Part shown: positions 15,797 to 24,967 of the stretch, piece after piece | Layout of the letters: each line of letters opens with the position of its first letter | Numbering within the stretch: position 1 is the stretch's first letter | Virus record (IMG/VR): IMGVR_UViG_3300025519_000005 | Location: 1 to 50,077 of that record | Reading direction: 5' to 3' (one strand) | From: a virus | Taxonomy: Duplodnaviria > Caudoviricetes | DNA: 50,077 bases | Program-made: the position numbers and the translations under genes | Notes under the pieces: generated by a model | Seen by the model: the letters and a program-made list of their open reading frames with translations, nothing else | Told to the model about the DNA's origin: nothing | Database searches by the model: none

Positions 15797-17784
15797 CCTC
15801 CGTACACCCCCCGGGCGGACGACACGATTTCTTCATTCAACCGGTCCCGAATGTTGGCGATGATCTCGTCCACCGAACGGCCGTCTTGCCGGACGTGCGT
15901 GTCCCCGAAGGTGAGCTGCGGCTGCAGCGTCACGAAATTCTGGATGTTCTTCATCTCGGCCAGCTCGCGCAGCATCTGAAGGTCTTCGCTGGATATGTCG
16001 ACCTTGTCCCGGATTTTGCCGACCTCGTTGACTTTGTTGATGTTGGGTGCACCTGTTGGAGAAAAAAGTGATGTTCCGCTGAACACCTTCGATTGGCTCT
16101 GTTGCTTCGCTTCCTGTTCAGCTCGTTTAGTGGCCCGGGAATCTAGAAAATCAATTACCTTCTGTTCGCGCGCAGCCGCCTTTTGCTCCGCGTTCATCTG
16201 CATTTTGGCCACTCTCTCCGCCCCTGCCTGCTTAATGGCCTCAGCTTCGGCCGCGGCTTTTGCTGAAAATTCGACATGTCCAATCATCTCAAAGCTGGTG
16301 CCGAGGAATTGATTCGACTGTTTTAAAATCCAGTTAATCGAATTGATTATGCCATTTGCTAGATTATCAAAAGCTTTCAAGGACTGAACTTTCATCCATT
16401 CGAAGTTGTCAATAATTCCGTTTCCCACCTTTTGGAAGAAGATGGGGACCTGATCGAAAAAGTTCAATATTTCGTTCCAGGCTCGCATAAGTCCAGCCGC
16501 GAACTGGTCATTGGTTCGCCAGAGACGAACGAGATAAACAATTAGCCCGACGATTAGCGTCGCGATCAGAACAAACGGATTGGCATTCATCACAGCGTTT
16601 AATATCCCTTGTGCAATTGCGGCCCCTTTGATTGCAATTATTAAGGCGCCGATAGTTGCCGCAATTCCCATTATAATCGGCCCAATCGTCGACCAATTAC
16701 CTGAGAAGAAACTATATATCCTTTCAGCCCATTCAGCCAATTGAACTAGCCAGCTTACGGCTATCGCAACTGCATTTGCTAGCCCGGTAAAAAACCGTTG
16801 CCCTGCATCGCTCTGCATAAATGCCGTTAAATGCAGGACTTGTTCAGTAATTTTCTGCAGCGGGCCGTTTGCCTGGCCTAACGTGGAAAACCAATTCCGA
16901 AATGTATTTTTCAGTATGGTCATCGACTGCCCGAAGGTTATCGGCATCTGGTTAAACATTTTATCGATCTGCTGGCTTTGGTTTTCGAACGCTTTGACGA
17001 TTTTATCGGCCGTCAGCTTTCCGTCGGCCCCCATCTGTTTTAATTGCCCTCGGGCAACGCCTAGTCCATCTGCCAAAATTCTCATGAGGGCAGGCGCCGC
17101 CTCGCTCAAGGATCGCAATTCATCCCCTTGGAGCACACCGCTGCCGAGCGCTTGCGACATCTGAAGAATGGCATTCTCCGCTTCCCATGCCGACGTTCCG
17201 CTGAGCACCAGCGTCTTATTAAACTGCTCAGCGAACCTCAGCATTTGATCGTCGTTCTTAAAGACGCCCTGCGTACCGGCCCCGATCTTTGTGATCAGGT
17301 CGGCAGTAGCGGTGTAGCTCGCTCGCGTCTTATTGGCGACATCCAAGACTTGTTGCTGAAATTTTTCCTGGGACCTTAATCCATCGTTTACAAGAGAGAG
17401 TCGCGCGTTGGTTGCGGTCAACTCATCCGACATGCGCATTACACTCTGAATGGCGTCCCAGCCTTTTCGAACTAATTCTAGCCCTTGATTCAGCGCGATA
17501 ACGGCAAATCCTGCGGAGTGGATTGCGGATTCCGCATCTCTAACAGACCGATTAAATTTATCTTGTGTTTGCTTCGATTGGTTAATTTGTCTGTTAATTT
17601 CAATCTCAGCTTGAGCGATGCGCTGTTGAGCTGCTATTAATGTCCTGTCAACATTAACATTCTGATTTGTAGCGTTCTGCATCTGTCGCATCGTGGAGAT
17701 CATAATATTCATACTCTGCGTGATGTTTTTGATAGGCCCAGTCATAGAGTCAAATATTTTAAGTGTCGAGGATACCGTTGCCAT
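15793..17784 (-). CDS. Tape measure protein
   Basis: QMSQALGSGVLQGDELRSLSE tape-measure domain, ANPFVLIA TM region; ATG at 17784. Confidence 0.92.
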   Translation of the reverse strand: MATVSSTLKIFDSMTGPIKNITQSMNIMISTMRQMQNATNQNVNVDRTLIAAQQRIAQAEIEINRQINQSKQTQDKFNRSVRDAESAIHSAGFAVIALNQGLELVRKGWDAIQSVMRMSDELTATNARLSLVNDGLRSQEKFQQQVLDVANKTRASYTATADLITKIGAGTQGVFKNDDQMLRFAEQFNKTLVLSGTSAWEAENAILQMSQALGSGVLQGDELRSLSEAAPALMRILADGLGVARGQLKQMGADGKLTADKIVKAFENQSQQIDKMFNQMPITFGQSMTILKNTFRNWFSTLGQANGPLQKITEQVLHLTAFMQSDAGQRFFTGLANAVAIAVSWLVQLAEWAERIYSFFSGNWSTIGPIIMGIAATIGALIIAIKGAAIAQGILNAVMNANPFVLIATLIVGLIVYLVRLWRTNDQFAAGLMRAWNEILNFFDQVPIFFQKVGNGIIDNFEWMKVQSLKAFDNLANGIINSINWILKQSNQFLGTSFEMIGHVEFSAKAAAEAEAIKQAGAERVAKMQMNAEQKAAAREQKVIDFLDSRATKRAEQEAKQQSQSKVFSGTSLFSPTGAPNINKVNEVGKIRDKVDISSEDLQMLRELAEMKNIQNFVTLQPQLTFGDTHVRQDGRSVDEIIANIRDRLNEEIVSSARGVYGG

Positions 17785-17841
17785 TGCGCCACCTTCTTCG
17801 CTCAAATAAATAAGCATCCGCAAAGGGATGCAAAAAATTTA

Positions 17842-18291
17842 TTATATTTTAGCGAGAAGCTCTTTCTTCTTCTCGTTAAATTCATCCTCAGTTAAATGTC
17901 CGTTTTCCTTTAGTTTTGCCAATTTCTCTATTTCATCAGCGACAGATACATGTACCGGAGCAGTTAATGGCTTCGATTTTCTCCGCTCGATTTCATCCTT
18001 CAATTTTTCAAACGCTTCGTTTGATTTACTCGTAAATACAACGGCGTTTTCATCATTTACCGCTTCTTTAAGATTTCCTTGCTTTTCTACTGCTCCACCA
18101 AAACAGAACTTGATAAATCCATTTCCAGTAAAAAATGAAGCCCGTTTAAATTGTACTGATGTAATTGCGTTGATCGGAATCGTCTTATCACCGGAAAACC
18201 CTTTAGATACAACAGCTAAAAAACCTTTTCGTTTGATTATTACAGAGGAATCAGTTAGCTCGATCTGGCCATTTAGTCCTGTTACAAACAT
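17842..18291 (-). CDS. AT-rich moron, DUF4429-like plus C-terminal SHOCT
   Basis: GDKTIPINAITSVQFK..GFIKF; SVADEIEKLAKLKENGHLTEDEFNEKKKELL; own extended -10 (18326-18334) and downstream hairpin (17814-17831). Confidence 0.8.
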   Translation of the reverse strand: MFVTGLNGQIELTDSSVIIKRKGFLAVVSKGFSGDKTIPINAITSVQFKRASFFTGNGFIKFCFGGAVEKQGNLKEAVNDENAVVFTSKSNEAFEKLKDEIERRKSKPLTAPVHVSVADEIEKLAKLKENGHLTEDEFNEKKKELLAKI

Positions 18292-18352
18292 AAACGACTA
18301 CCTCCCGACGAATATATTTAGTCATATTTTACCATCAACTACGCCGGGAGGG

Positions 18353-18535
18353 CTATTTCCGTTTCAATTTGTCCGCTTCTTTCTTCTCTGCCTCAATGCG
18401 AATATCGATTGCTGCCATAATAAAAGCCTTCTCCTCCCGCGGCAAATTTACAAACTGCCCCGGGAGGATATGCAGCTTATGGAGGGCGTAGTAGGCGTAG
18501 TTGGCTTCGCCGTCGCCCTCCAGGATCAGTTTTTT
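18353..18535 (-). CDS. -1 frameshift extension of the tail assembly chaperone (gpGT-like)
   Basis: Slippery A AAA AAC at 18535-18529 before TGA; -1 frame KLILEGDGEANYAYYALHKLHILP... Confidence 0.75.
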   Translation of the reverse strand, partial: KKLILEGDGEANYAYYALHKLHILPGQFVNLPREEKAFIMAAIDIRIEAEKKEADKLKRK

Positions 18536-18936
18536 GCTTCTTCGACCAGGTCGTTCATGTCGACGTCGAAGCCGCTCAGCTTCTGGATTTGATTGGCCAG
18601 CTCGGCCATCTCGCCGGCGAGCAACACTTTGTTCAGATACTCCTCCGGCGTGGTGCATCCGAGCTTCTTGATGCTCTCGGCATCTTTGAAGTTCGGATCC
18701 AGTGTATGCTCGATCACAACCGCGGTGTTGAATCCGGCGGCATCGAATTCAACTTTCCGGCCTTTACCGACTCGCGTGAATCGCTTCCGCAGGTCGTCGA
18801 AGGTCTTATTCGTCATCGCCTTGATCTTGAATTTCAAAGGCTTGCCGTCCTTGTCACGGAAGCGGGCCGATACGACGACCTCATCGGTCAAGTTGTCGAC
18901 AGGGTTGGCGTTGAGGAAATCCTGCAAAGTGCTCAT
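18526..18936 (-). CDS. xkdN: Tail assembly chaperone, XkdN-like
   Basis: SARFRDKDGKPLKFKIKAM..PNFKDAE..LLAGE..EEAKN. Confidence 0.88.
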   Translation of the reverse strand: MSTLQDFLNANPVDNLTDEVVVSARFRDKDGKPLKFKIKAMTNKTFDDLRKRFTRVGKGRKVEFDAAGFNTAVVIEHTLDPNFKDAESIKKLGCTTPEEYLNKVLLAGEMAELANQIQKLSGFDVDMNDLVEEAKN

Positions 18937-18972
18937 TTATCATACCTCCAAGGTTATCAGGCGCCCAATAAA

Positions 18973-19437
18973 TCAGGCGCCCGTGATTTGATTGAATTGA
19001 TCCAGCAAATCGTAATCGCTGAACGTGAACGGCATTTCTTCGTCAAGCATGTCATCGCTCGTAATATCGAATTTCGCGGCGATAACGCTGTCCAGGTTGC
19101 AGCCGATGAGCCGGGCCGTTTGCTTGCCCGTCCCCGAAGTCGGGTCCTCGTTGATGATCTGCAGGTCGAACCAGAAGTCTTTCCCGGTTTTGACGAAATC
19201 GCGCATGAGCTGCCGGAACACCGACGTCACGTAATAGATCGTCAGCGTTCCGCTGCCTTTCCATCCGGCCGAGCGGGACGCAGTATTCGTCCGGCCCAGG
19301 ATCGGCACGTCGACCTTGTTTTTCTCGATCGTCGCCTCGATGGATTTCGCGTAGAAGAGCTCTTCGACCTGGCCGTTGATCGTCGCATAGGCTCTTGCCA
19401 TTTTGCCGCTGATTGCGTCACCTTCGCGGAAAAACAT
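18973..19437 (-). CDS. xkdM: Tail tube protein, XkdM-like
   Basis: DAISGK..GWKGSGTLTIYYVTS..NEDPTS..EEMPFTF. Confidence 0.92.
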   Translation of the reverse strand: MFFREGDAISGKMARAYATINGQVEELFYAKSIEATIEKNKVDVPILGRTNTASRSAGWKGSGTLTIYYVTSVFRQLMRDFVKTGKDFWFDLQIINEDPTSGTGKQTARLIGCNLDSVIAAKFDITSDDMLDEEMPFTFSDYDLLDQFNQITGA

Positions 19438-19450
19438 TCGCTTTCACCCC

Positions 19451-20767
19451 TTACCGGACCGTGACGGTCATATAAATTTTCTCGATCGAATCGACCGGCT
19501 GCAGCCAGACGTTGACGACGACGGTGTCCGTTTCGATGCCTGGCAGCACTTCGAGATCGGATTGCGCATCGAAGTTTTGGACGGCCCCCATGTTTTGATA
19601 CTGGCCGATGATGTTGATACATTCGGCCTTGAACAGGTTCCGTCCGTCCGCGTTGTTGCTGACTTTGCCGATGTAGGACGCGCTGAACACCCGCAGGAAA
19701 TCGTTGCCCAGGCCGTCCAGGACGCGAATCACACGATTTTTGGAAAACGGCTGCCCCTTGGTGGGTGTGAAGCTGTGCAACGTATTGATGTCCTTCTCGA
19801 CGACAGCCACCCCGTTCATGGGCGTGAAGAGGAATTCGCCGGCTTGCAGCGCCGCGATAATCTGGCTGTTGGTGTACTTCGGCGCGACGTCCACCGCGTC
19901 GTCGTAAGCGACATACGTCAGCGACTGGTTGGCGGCTGCCCCGGCCGTCGCTCCGGCCACCCAGGCCACCGCTTGCGCCGCGGTGAGCGTCGTCCCGTCC
20001 GAGAGCACGACGCCATTTTTGACGCTGATCACGCCCTCGTAGTCGGCCGTCGGGTAGTTTTCGACGACAACCTGGATGCGCTTACCCTCGTCATCCCGGA
20101 GCCGCTTTGCAAAGGAGACGAAGACGCCCTTGGTAGTTGCATCCGTCGCCGTCAAGCCGATCGTGTTGAAATCGTAGACCTCGATCGCGGACAGGTAGTC
20201 CAGATAGTCCTGCGCGGACGGCGTGCCGTCTGCCCCGCCCGTCAGGGGCGTTCCCGCGGTCGCTGTCGGCGCTCCGGTGCCGGACCAGGTGACCCAGTCG
20301 TTCGGTTTCAACTCCTCGATCGTGGAAACCGTTTGGGTATCGATCACGGCACCGTCGACGAGCGTCTCCACATCAAACTTAGACGTGTCGTCAATGTTGG
20401 TCTGGACCCGGATGCTGATGTCGTTGCCCCGGACGCCGCCATACTTCGCCGTCACGGTCAGATCGCCGATCGTTGCCGTTGCCGGCGTACCAGTATTCAG
20501 CCGGTACAGCAGCAGCGTCCGGGCCCGTTTCAGCGCCTCCCGCACGAGCAGCAGCTGCGGCGCCGTGATCGGATAGCCGAGCGTATCGAACGTGTCCGCG
20601 CCGGCTTCGACCGCGATCACTTGCTTGGCCGGGCCCCAAGAAAGCGCCAGCGGCAAGCTCACGATACCACGTTCCCCGAGCGTGCCGGTCGCATTGGCCT
20701 CCCCGACAAAGTTGATATAGACGCCGGGCCGGACCTTGTTCTGGCTAGTCCACGTTCCTCCAGGCAT
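19451..20767 (-). CDS. xkdK: Contractile tail sheath, XkdK-like
   Basis: MPGGTWTSQNKVRPGVYINF, AKYGGVRGN, FSKNRVIRVLD, DSIEKIY. Confidence 0.95.
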   Translation of the reverse strand: MPGGTWTSQNKVRPGVYINFVGEANATGTLGERGIVSLPLALSWGPAKQVIAVEAGADTFDTLGYPITAPQLLLVREALKRARTLLLYRLNTGTPATATIGDLTVTAKYGGVRGNDISIRVQTNIDDTSKFDVETLVDGAVIDTQTVSTIEELKPNDWVTWSGTGAPTATAGTPLTGGADGTPSAQDYLDYLSAIEVYDFNTIGLTATDATTKGVFVSFAKRLRDDEGKRIQVVVENYPTADYEGVISVKNGVVLSDGTTLTAAQAVAWVAGATAGAAANQSLTYVAYDDAVDVAPKYTNSQIIAALQAGEFLFTPMNGVAVVEKDINTLHSFTPTKGQPFSKNRVIRVLDGLGNDFLRVFSASYIGKVSNNADGRNLFKAECINIIGQYQNMGAVQNFDAQSDLEVLPGIETDTVVVNVWLQPVDSIEKIYMTVTVR

Positions 20768-20768
20768 T

Positions 20769-20942
20769 TTAAATCACCGTCCTTTTGGAATAGTCGCCGA
20801 TCAGTTTCTGGACCTGATCGAGCGTATAGCTTTCACCGTCCTGAAGCAGCACGCGGAGCGCGTCTTTCTGGACCGGCGAAAAATTGTAGGAGCGAAGGAT
20901 TTGCTCCTTGGAAAAGCTCGGGGCGGATTTTTTCTCGCTCAT
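20769..20942 (-). CDS. Small pre-sheath protein (not in ORF track)
   Basis: MSEKKSAPSFSKEQILRS..LLQDGESYTLDQVQKLI, conserved-type ORF before sheath genes. Confidence 0.65.
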   Translation of the reverse strand: MSEKKSAPSFSKEQILRSYNFSPVQKDALRVLLQDGESYTLDQVQKLIGDYSKRTVI

Positions 20943-21376
20943 AGCCTAATCTCCTCCTTGACTTGGAGTGTTTGCATGTCGGGAGCCGGGTCCGGCTGCT
21001 CCCAGACGTGGAAATTGTATTCGACGAAGAAGTGCAGAACCTCGTCGATGACTTGGAACCGTATGCCGGTCCCGCGCACCGGGCGGCCGGCGACAACGAT
21101 CTGCTGCAGGGCAGCAGTGAGTTGCTCGGCCATGTCATACATATTGGCGTTGGAGCGGTCCGGCGCGAAATAGTGGATGTCGAACGGATGGTACCGATAG
21201 AAACGCCGGCCGAGCTCCTGCGTGTGCTCCGGCTCCAGCAGGCGAACGAAAAAGCAGGGCGGTGTCAGGCCCTGCTTGATCTCTTCGCCCACGATCGGAA
21301 TGTCCGGGAACGCGGCGTCGAGCGCGGCATGCACTGCATATCGGACATCGTTGATGGTCACCTGCACTTGCATCAC
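20939..21376 (-). CDS. Tail terminator-like protein
   Basis: EEIKQGLTPPCFFV..FDIHYF..VIDEVLHFFV. Confidence 0.8.
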   Translation of the reverse strand: MMQVQVTINDVRYAVHAALDAAFPDIPIVGEEIKQGLTPPCFFVRLLEPEHTQELGRRFYRYHPFDIHYFAPDRSNANMYDMAEQLTAALQQIVVAGRPVRGTGIRFQVIDEVLHFFVEYNFHVWEQPDPAPDMQTLQVKEEIRL

Positions 21377-21774
21377 CCCAAATATTTTCTCAGGAAAGCC
21401 TCCTGTTTTCGTTTCAGAAAAGCCGGCAGTTCGCGCTGCAATTCCTGTTCCGAGATCGTCAACATGAAGCTGCCCTCGACCCAGCCTTTGTGGTCGCGCG
21501 TGCGATGGCCATATTCTCTGTATAGCGCATATTCTGTCGGGTTTATGACCTCGACTTGCCAGCCTCCAGGAATCCGATGCACTCGCCCCACGGCCCAGTT
21601 GCGGCGCAACTCACCGGTATCGACCGGCGTCCGAGGCACCACTTTCGCGAGCAGGCGCATCGCCAATTCCCGCACGCACTCTTCAATGAATGCAGGCAGC
21701 GCCTTCTCCAGCGCCTCAAGGTTCTTGGCGAATCGCTTCAGTTCATCGAAGTCAAAGTGCCCCCAGCGCGGCAT
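21373..21774 (-). CDS. HK97 gp10-like neck/tail completion protein
   Basis: RTPVDTGELRRNW..NPTEYALYREYGHRT..GWVEG. Confidence 0.85.
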   Translation of the reverse strand: MPRWGHFDFDELKRFAKNLEALEKALPAFIEECVRELAMRLLAKVVPRTPVDTGELRRNWAVGRVHRIPGGWQVEVINPTEYALYREYGHRTRDHKGWVEGSFMLTISEQELQRELPAFLKRKQEAFLRKYLG

Positions 21775-22133
21775 CACGCCCACTCCTTGCGCTGGAGGCT
21801 GACCTCCTGATGGGTCGAATACGGAAACGGCTCCCCAGCCGTGTACCGTCGTGTCACGTTGCCCCGGGTGACTTCAAGCAGATCCCCTTGCCGGATCTCC
21901 AATTCCGGCGCGATGAACAACTTTGTCTCGTAGGCGATGTTGTTCTGCGCCTCGGTCTGCTTGTTCGTCGCTAATGCGCGCTGCGAAATTCGGCAAGGTT
22001 GATCCACGTAAACCGGCTGCGGGACTAGTTTCGTTTCCTTCGTGATCGGGTCCTTGACCTGAACGTGCCGGTAGATTGTCGCCCGGTCCGTGTACATCCG
22101 TTCGATCGCCCGGCGGTGGCGCTCCAGTTTCAT
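21774..22133 (-). CDS. Head closure / head-tail joining protein
   Basis: DQPCRIS..KLFIAPELEI..THQEV; neck position. Confidence 0.75.
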   Translation of the reverse strand: MKLERHRRAIERMYTDRATIYRHVQVKDPITKETKLVPQPVYVDQPCRISQRALATNKQTEAQNNIAYETKLFIAPELEIRQGDLLEVTRGNVTRRYTAGEPFPYSTHQEVSLQRKEWA

Positions 22134-22135
22134 GG

Positions 22136-22504
22136 TTACCACCTCAGCCTGCGGTACCGGTTAAGATCGACCCGGTAATTCAGCACGACCTCGTCGATCA
22201 CCGACTTGGCCGTGTTGGTCAGTCCGGCGGGGCGGGCCGGTGTTGTTGACGTGTCGCCGACCGTGACAGACTCGCCCCCGCCAGACGTCTCCTCGATCCC
22301 GGGAAGCTTCGGCTGCTCGATCCGGAGCGCGTCAATGGTCATCGACGCCCAAACGGATTCCAGCTCAGCCGGTATTTCAGCGAGGTTCGTGGAATGCATG
22401 ATGCGCTGACCGATCTCCTGCACATAAGAGTTGACCAGCGCATCCCACTCGTCAGTAAGCCCTAGCCGGAGCTTGACCGTGGCCAAGACGTCAATCGCCG
22501 GCAT
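22136..22504 (-). CDS. Head-tail connector (gp6/gp15-like)
   Basis: VKLRLGL..EIPAELE..VTVGDTS..LNRYRRLRW. Confidence 0.78.
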   Translation of the reverse strand: MPAIDVLATVKLRLGLTDEWDALVNSYVQEIGQRIMHSTNLAEIPAELESVWASMTIDALRIEQPKLPGIEETSGGGESVTVGDTSTTPARPAGLTNTAKSVIDEVVLNYRVDLNRYRRLRW

Positions 22505-22652
22505 GATCTCCGCCGCCTTTTGGACGTTTGGGCTTCACCGGTTTCACGGTGCCGGTAGAACCGTCAGGCCCCTCCGTCTTGACCGGTTTGGTCTGTTCCT
22601 GTTCTTTTGCCGCCAATTCCCGGCGGCGTCGGTTGAATGCGGTCACGCTCAT
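22491..22652 (-). CDS. Small protein after the capsid gene (not in ORF track)
   Basis: RBS AGGGGTG; MSVTAFNRRRRELAAKEQ..., 53 aa. Confidence 0.55.
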   Translation of the reverse strand: MSVTAFNRRRRELAAKEQEQTKPVKTEGPDGSTGTVKPVKPKRPKGGGDHAGD

Positions 22653-22666
22653 CCGAATCACCCCTA

Positions 22667-23635
22667 TTACGCCAGTTTGTGCACGAATTTCACAATCCGG
22701 ATCGCCTTCGGTTCGTACACACGGCTCCAGTTGTCGGCCGTCGCCAGTTCCGTGTTAGTCGGCGACACGCCGGCCACGTCAGCAGAAGTGAATCGCACGC
22801 CGCGCGGATGCAGAATGAACGTGCGCCGGTTGATCAGGTAGTCTTCACCGGCAAGCGTATCGCGGTCCGTTTCCGTCGGGACGAATCCGACCGGATTGCC
22901 CTCACCATATGCGACAGCACCAGGGCCGAACAGGTACGTCGTGTACGTGCCGGTACCCGAATCGAACGGCACGCCGTCATCAGGGATGACCCGCTTACCG
23001 AGAAACATCGGCACTTCAGTCGAGCCGGAGGACGGTTTCACATATTCGATCAGATCCTGCTTGGCAAGTTCGGCCTCCGTCGCGCTGTGCATGACGATGG
23101 CTGTCAGTTGAGCCTTGGCGTCGCCCAGCCTTTGCGCTGCATCGACTGTCGTCTTGGCGCTGATGACAGCTGCGTCTCCGGTCTCGCTCGAGATGTCATG
23201 GACGTTGTTCGTCATGGACGATGCCGCGAACACGCCCGTCAGCGTTGCGATCAGTGCGGCCTGATACCGGCGCGCCCAGTACGCGGCCACCAGATCAGCG
23301 ATTGCCCGCATCGGATCGTCGCCGGCCAGGTTGGCGGCCAGATCGTTTGCGCCCCATGCGCGGCCGCGACGCAAGATGACGGCCTCATCTTGACTTGCTT
23401 GAATCTTTCCGGGTGTCAGCGCACCGGTGTCGGAAAGGACTTCATCCTCGCCCGTCAGGTCGCCCCAGAACGGCATGTTCACCGTTTTGGCTGCCTGGCT
23501 GGCCAGTCGGTCGAACTCCTGCGTCCGCTGCGCGATGCCGGACTGGAAGATCGCGGACAGTTCCATCGTCCGCTGAATGACGTAAGGATTGAATACTTCA
23601 GGTACAATGACATCTGCAATTTTCGTCACAGGCAT
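22667..23635 (-). CDS. Major capsid protein (SPP1 gp13-like)
   Basis: TKIADVIVPEVFNPY, NMPFWGDL, AGDDPM, MHSAT, HPRGV. Confidence 0.92.
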   Translation of the reverse strand: MPVTKIADVIVPEVFNPYVIQRTMELSAIFQSGIAQRTQEFDRLASQAAKTVNMPFWGDLTGEDEVLSDTGALTPGKIQASQDEAVILRRGRAWGANDLAANLAGDDPMRAIADLVAAYWARRYQAALIATLTGVFAASSMTNNVHDISSETGDAAVISAKTTVDAAQRLGDAKAQLTAIVMHSATEAELAKQDLIEYVKPSSGSTEVPMFLGKRVIPDDGVPFDSGTGTYTTYLFGPGAVAYGEGNPVGFVPTETDRDTLAGEDYLINRRTFILHPRGVRFTSADVAGVSPTNTELATADNWSRVYEPKAIRIVKFVHKLA

Positions 23636-23641
23636 TCAAAA

Positions 23642-24286
23642 TCAACCTCCAGCAGTGGATTGAAGTTGTTTCGCAAGCTCCGGATTCTCCCGAAGGATTC
23701 GAGCTTGCTCAGTCAAATTGAACGTTTCCTTCGCCCACGGGTTCTTGATTCCGCTGCCCGTGGAATCCCGGCCGTCAGCCGGCGTGGCGCCCTTGAAATG
23801 CGGCCCTTTGTCGTCTTTCTGTACAAACAAAAAACCCTTGCTTGCGCGCAGGGTTTTCAACTGATCGTCGAGGCCGGCTTTGATATTGCCGTTCTCGTCA
23901 ACCTCGATTTTGGACTTGTCCAGCAGCCCGGCCACCAGATCCGGATCGTGCGCCTGGCCGGCGACCGCCAACTTGATGGCCGTCGTCACCGACATATCGC
24001 GCAGCTTGGCTTCGTACTGCTCAGCCGCGGCTTTGTTGTCGGCCTGCAGCTGCTCGATCTGCTTACGAAGCTCCTCGTTCCCCTCGGCCGCTTTCTTCAA
24101 ATCGACCAGCTGCTTGTCGCGCTCTTTGAGCGCCTCTTCGGCCTGCTTCCGGGCTTCGTTGGCTTCGTCGAATTTGGATTTGGGAATCCAGTTTCCGTCA
24201 GAGACGATGGCGATCTTGTGCTTGTCACCAAGCTTCGCCGTGACCTGATTATACAGGTCCTCTCCCAGCAGTTCTTTCAGATCCAC
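23642..24286 (-). CDS. Scaffolding protein (GP20 family)
   Basis: WIPKSKFDEAN coiled coil, GLDDQL, KNPW..FNLTEQ; GTG start at 24286. Confidence 0.88.
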   Translation of the reverse strand: MDLKELLGEDLYNQVTAKLGDKHKIAIVSDGNWIPKSKFDEANEARKQAEEALKERDKQLVDLKKAAEGNEELRKQIEQLQADNKAAAEQYEAKLRDMSVTTAIKLAVAGQAHDPDLVAGLLDKSKIEVDENGNIKAGLDDQLKTLRASKGFLFVQKDDKGPHFKGATPADGRDSTGSGIKNPWAKETFNLTEQARILRENPELAKQLQSTAGG

Positions 24287-24397
24287 TCTCAACACTCTCC
24301 CGATTAGGTTTTTAAACTGGTAACCCGCCAGCAATCGGCTTCCGTTCAGTTTGACCCCGAACCCTTAAAGAGGGCAATAATCGGGGCCCCGAAAGTC

Positions 24398-24670
24398 TCA
24401 TCCGGAGCCCACAGGTTCGTATTCCGCTTCGAAATCCGCCTGCTTCATGACGCTGATCCGTCCCCCCGCGTCCTTAAAGAGGTAATCGGTCAGATACGCG
24501 ACTGCCACATCATAGGCACCGCGTATGACACGGAGACGCACACCCTCCGGTGTGTAATCGACCGAGATCGGCAGATCGACAAAGTCGATGATCTCGTCGA
24601 TGTGGTCCTTGTCAGTGCTCTCAAACTGGATCGCTTCGACGATAATGCTTTTCTGGTATTGCTCGACCAT
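24398..24670 (-). CDS. Conserved phage hypothetical protein
   Basis: IVEAIQF..DYLFKD..FEAEYE motif; RBS GGAGG. Confidence 0.7.
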   Translation of the reverse strand: MVEQYQKSIIVEAIQFESTDKDHIDEIIDFVDLPISVDYTPEGVRLRVIRGAYDVAVAYLTDYLFKDAGGRISVMKQADFEAEYEPVGSG

Positions 24671-24711
24671 CCCTCCACCTCCAAATTCCCAAGCGTTTGG
24701 GATTTTCGGGT

Positions 24712-24744
24712 AAACAAAAAGCACCCTCGCATTTGCGGGAGTGC
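24712..24744 (-). terminator. Intrinsic terminator after the immunity gene
   Basis: GCACTCCCGC-AAAT-GCGAGGGTGC-TTTTTGTTT on the minus strand. Confidence 0.65.
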
Positions 24745-24747
24745 ATT

Positions 24748-24960
24748 TTATTGCATCTTTTTTTGAATCGATTCCGCTTCCTCGGCTGAAATCACGTCAT
24801 AGTCACTGAAATCACCGATCAGGATGCCGTCGTATCGATCGGAATCTACCCAATCGCCGCCCCGGTATTCCTCAAAGATGCCTTGATTCAAACGGACGAG
24901 CGCGAAAGGAGCCGCTTTCGTTGTACCATATTTGGTTATTGCGTAATACTGCACCTTCAT
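24748..24960 (-). CDS. Putative immunity protein for the MuF toxin (IapK-like)
   Basis: 70 aa acidic protein right after the toxin; QYY..LVRL..G....W..S....I..GDFSDYDVIS.EEA pattern resembles described IapK (recalled, not searched). Confidence 0.75.
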   Translation of the reverse strand: MKVQYYAITKYGTTKAAPFALVRLNQGIFEEYRGGDWVDSDRYDGILIGDFSDYDVISAEEAESIQKKMQ

Positions 24961-24967
24961 CGCCCCC

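Noticed and set aside
19403-24307. Long + strand ORFs (19403-20944, 22637-24307; likewise 41398-42615, 36092-37033)
   Set aside because: Antisense shadows of GC-rich structural and replication genes; no recognisable motifs or RBS.
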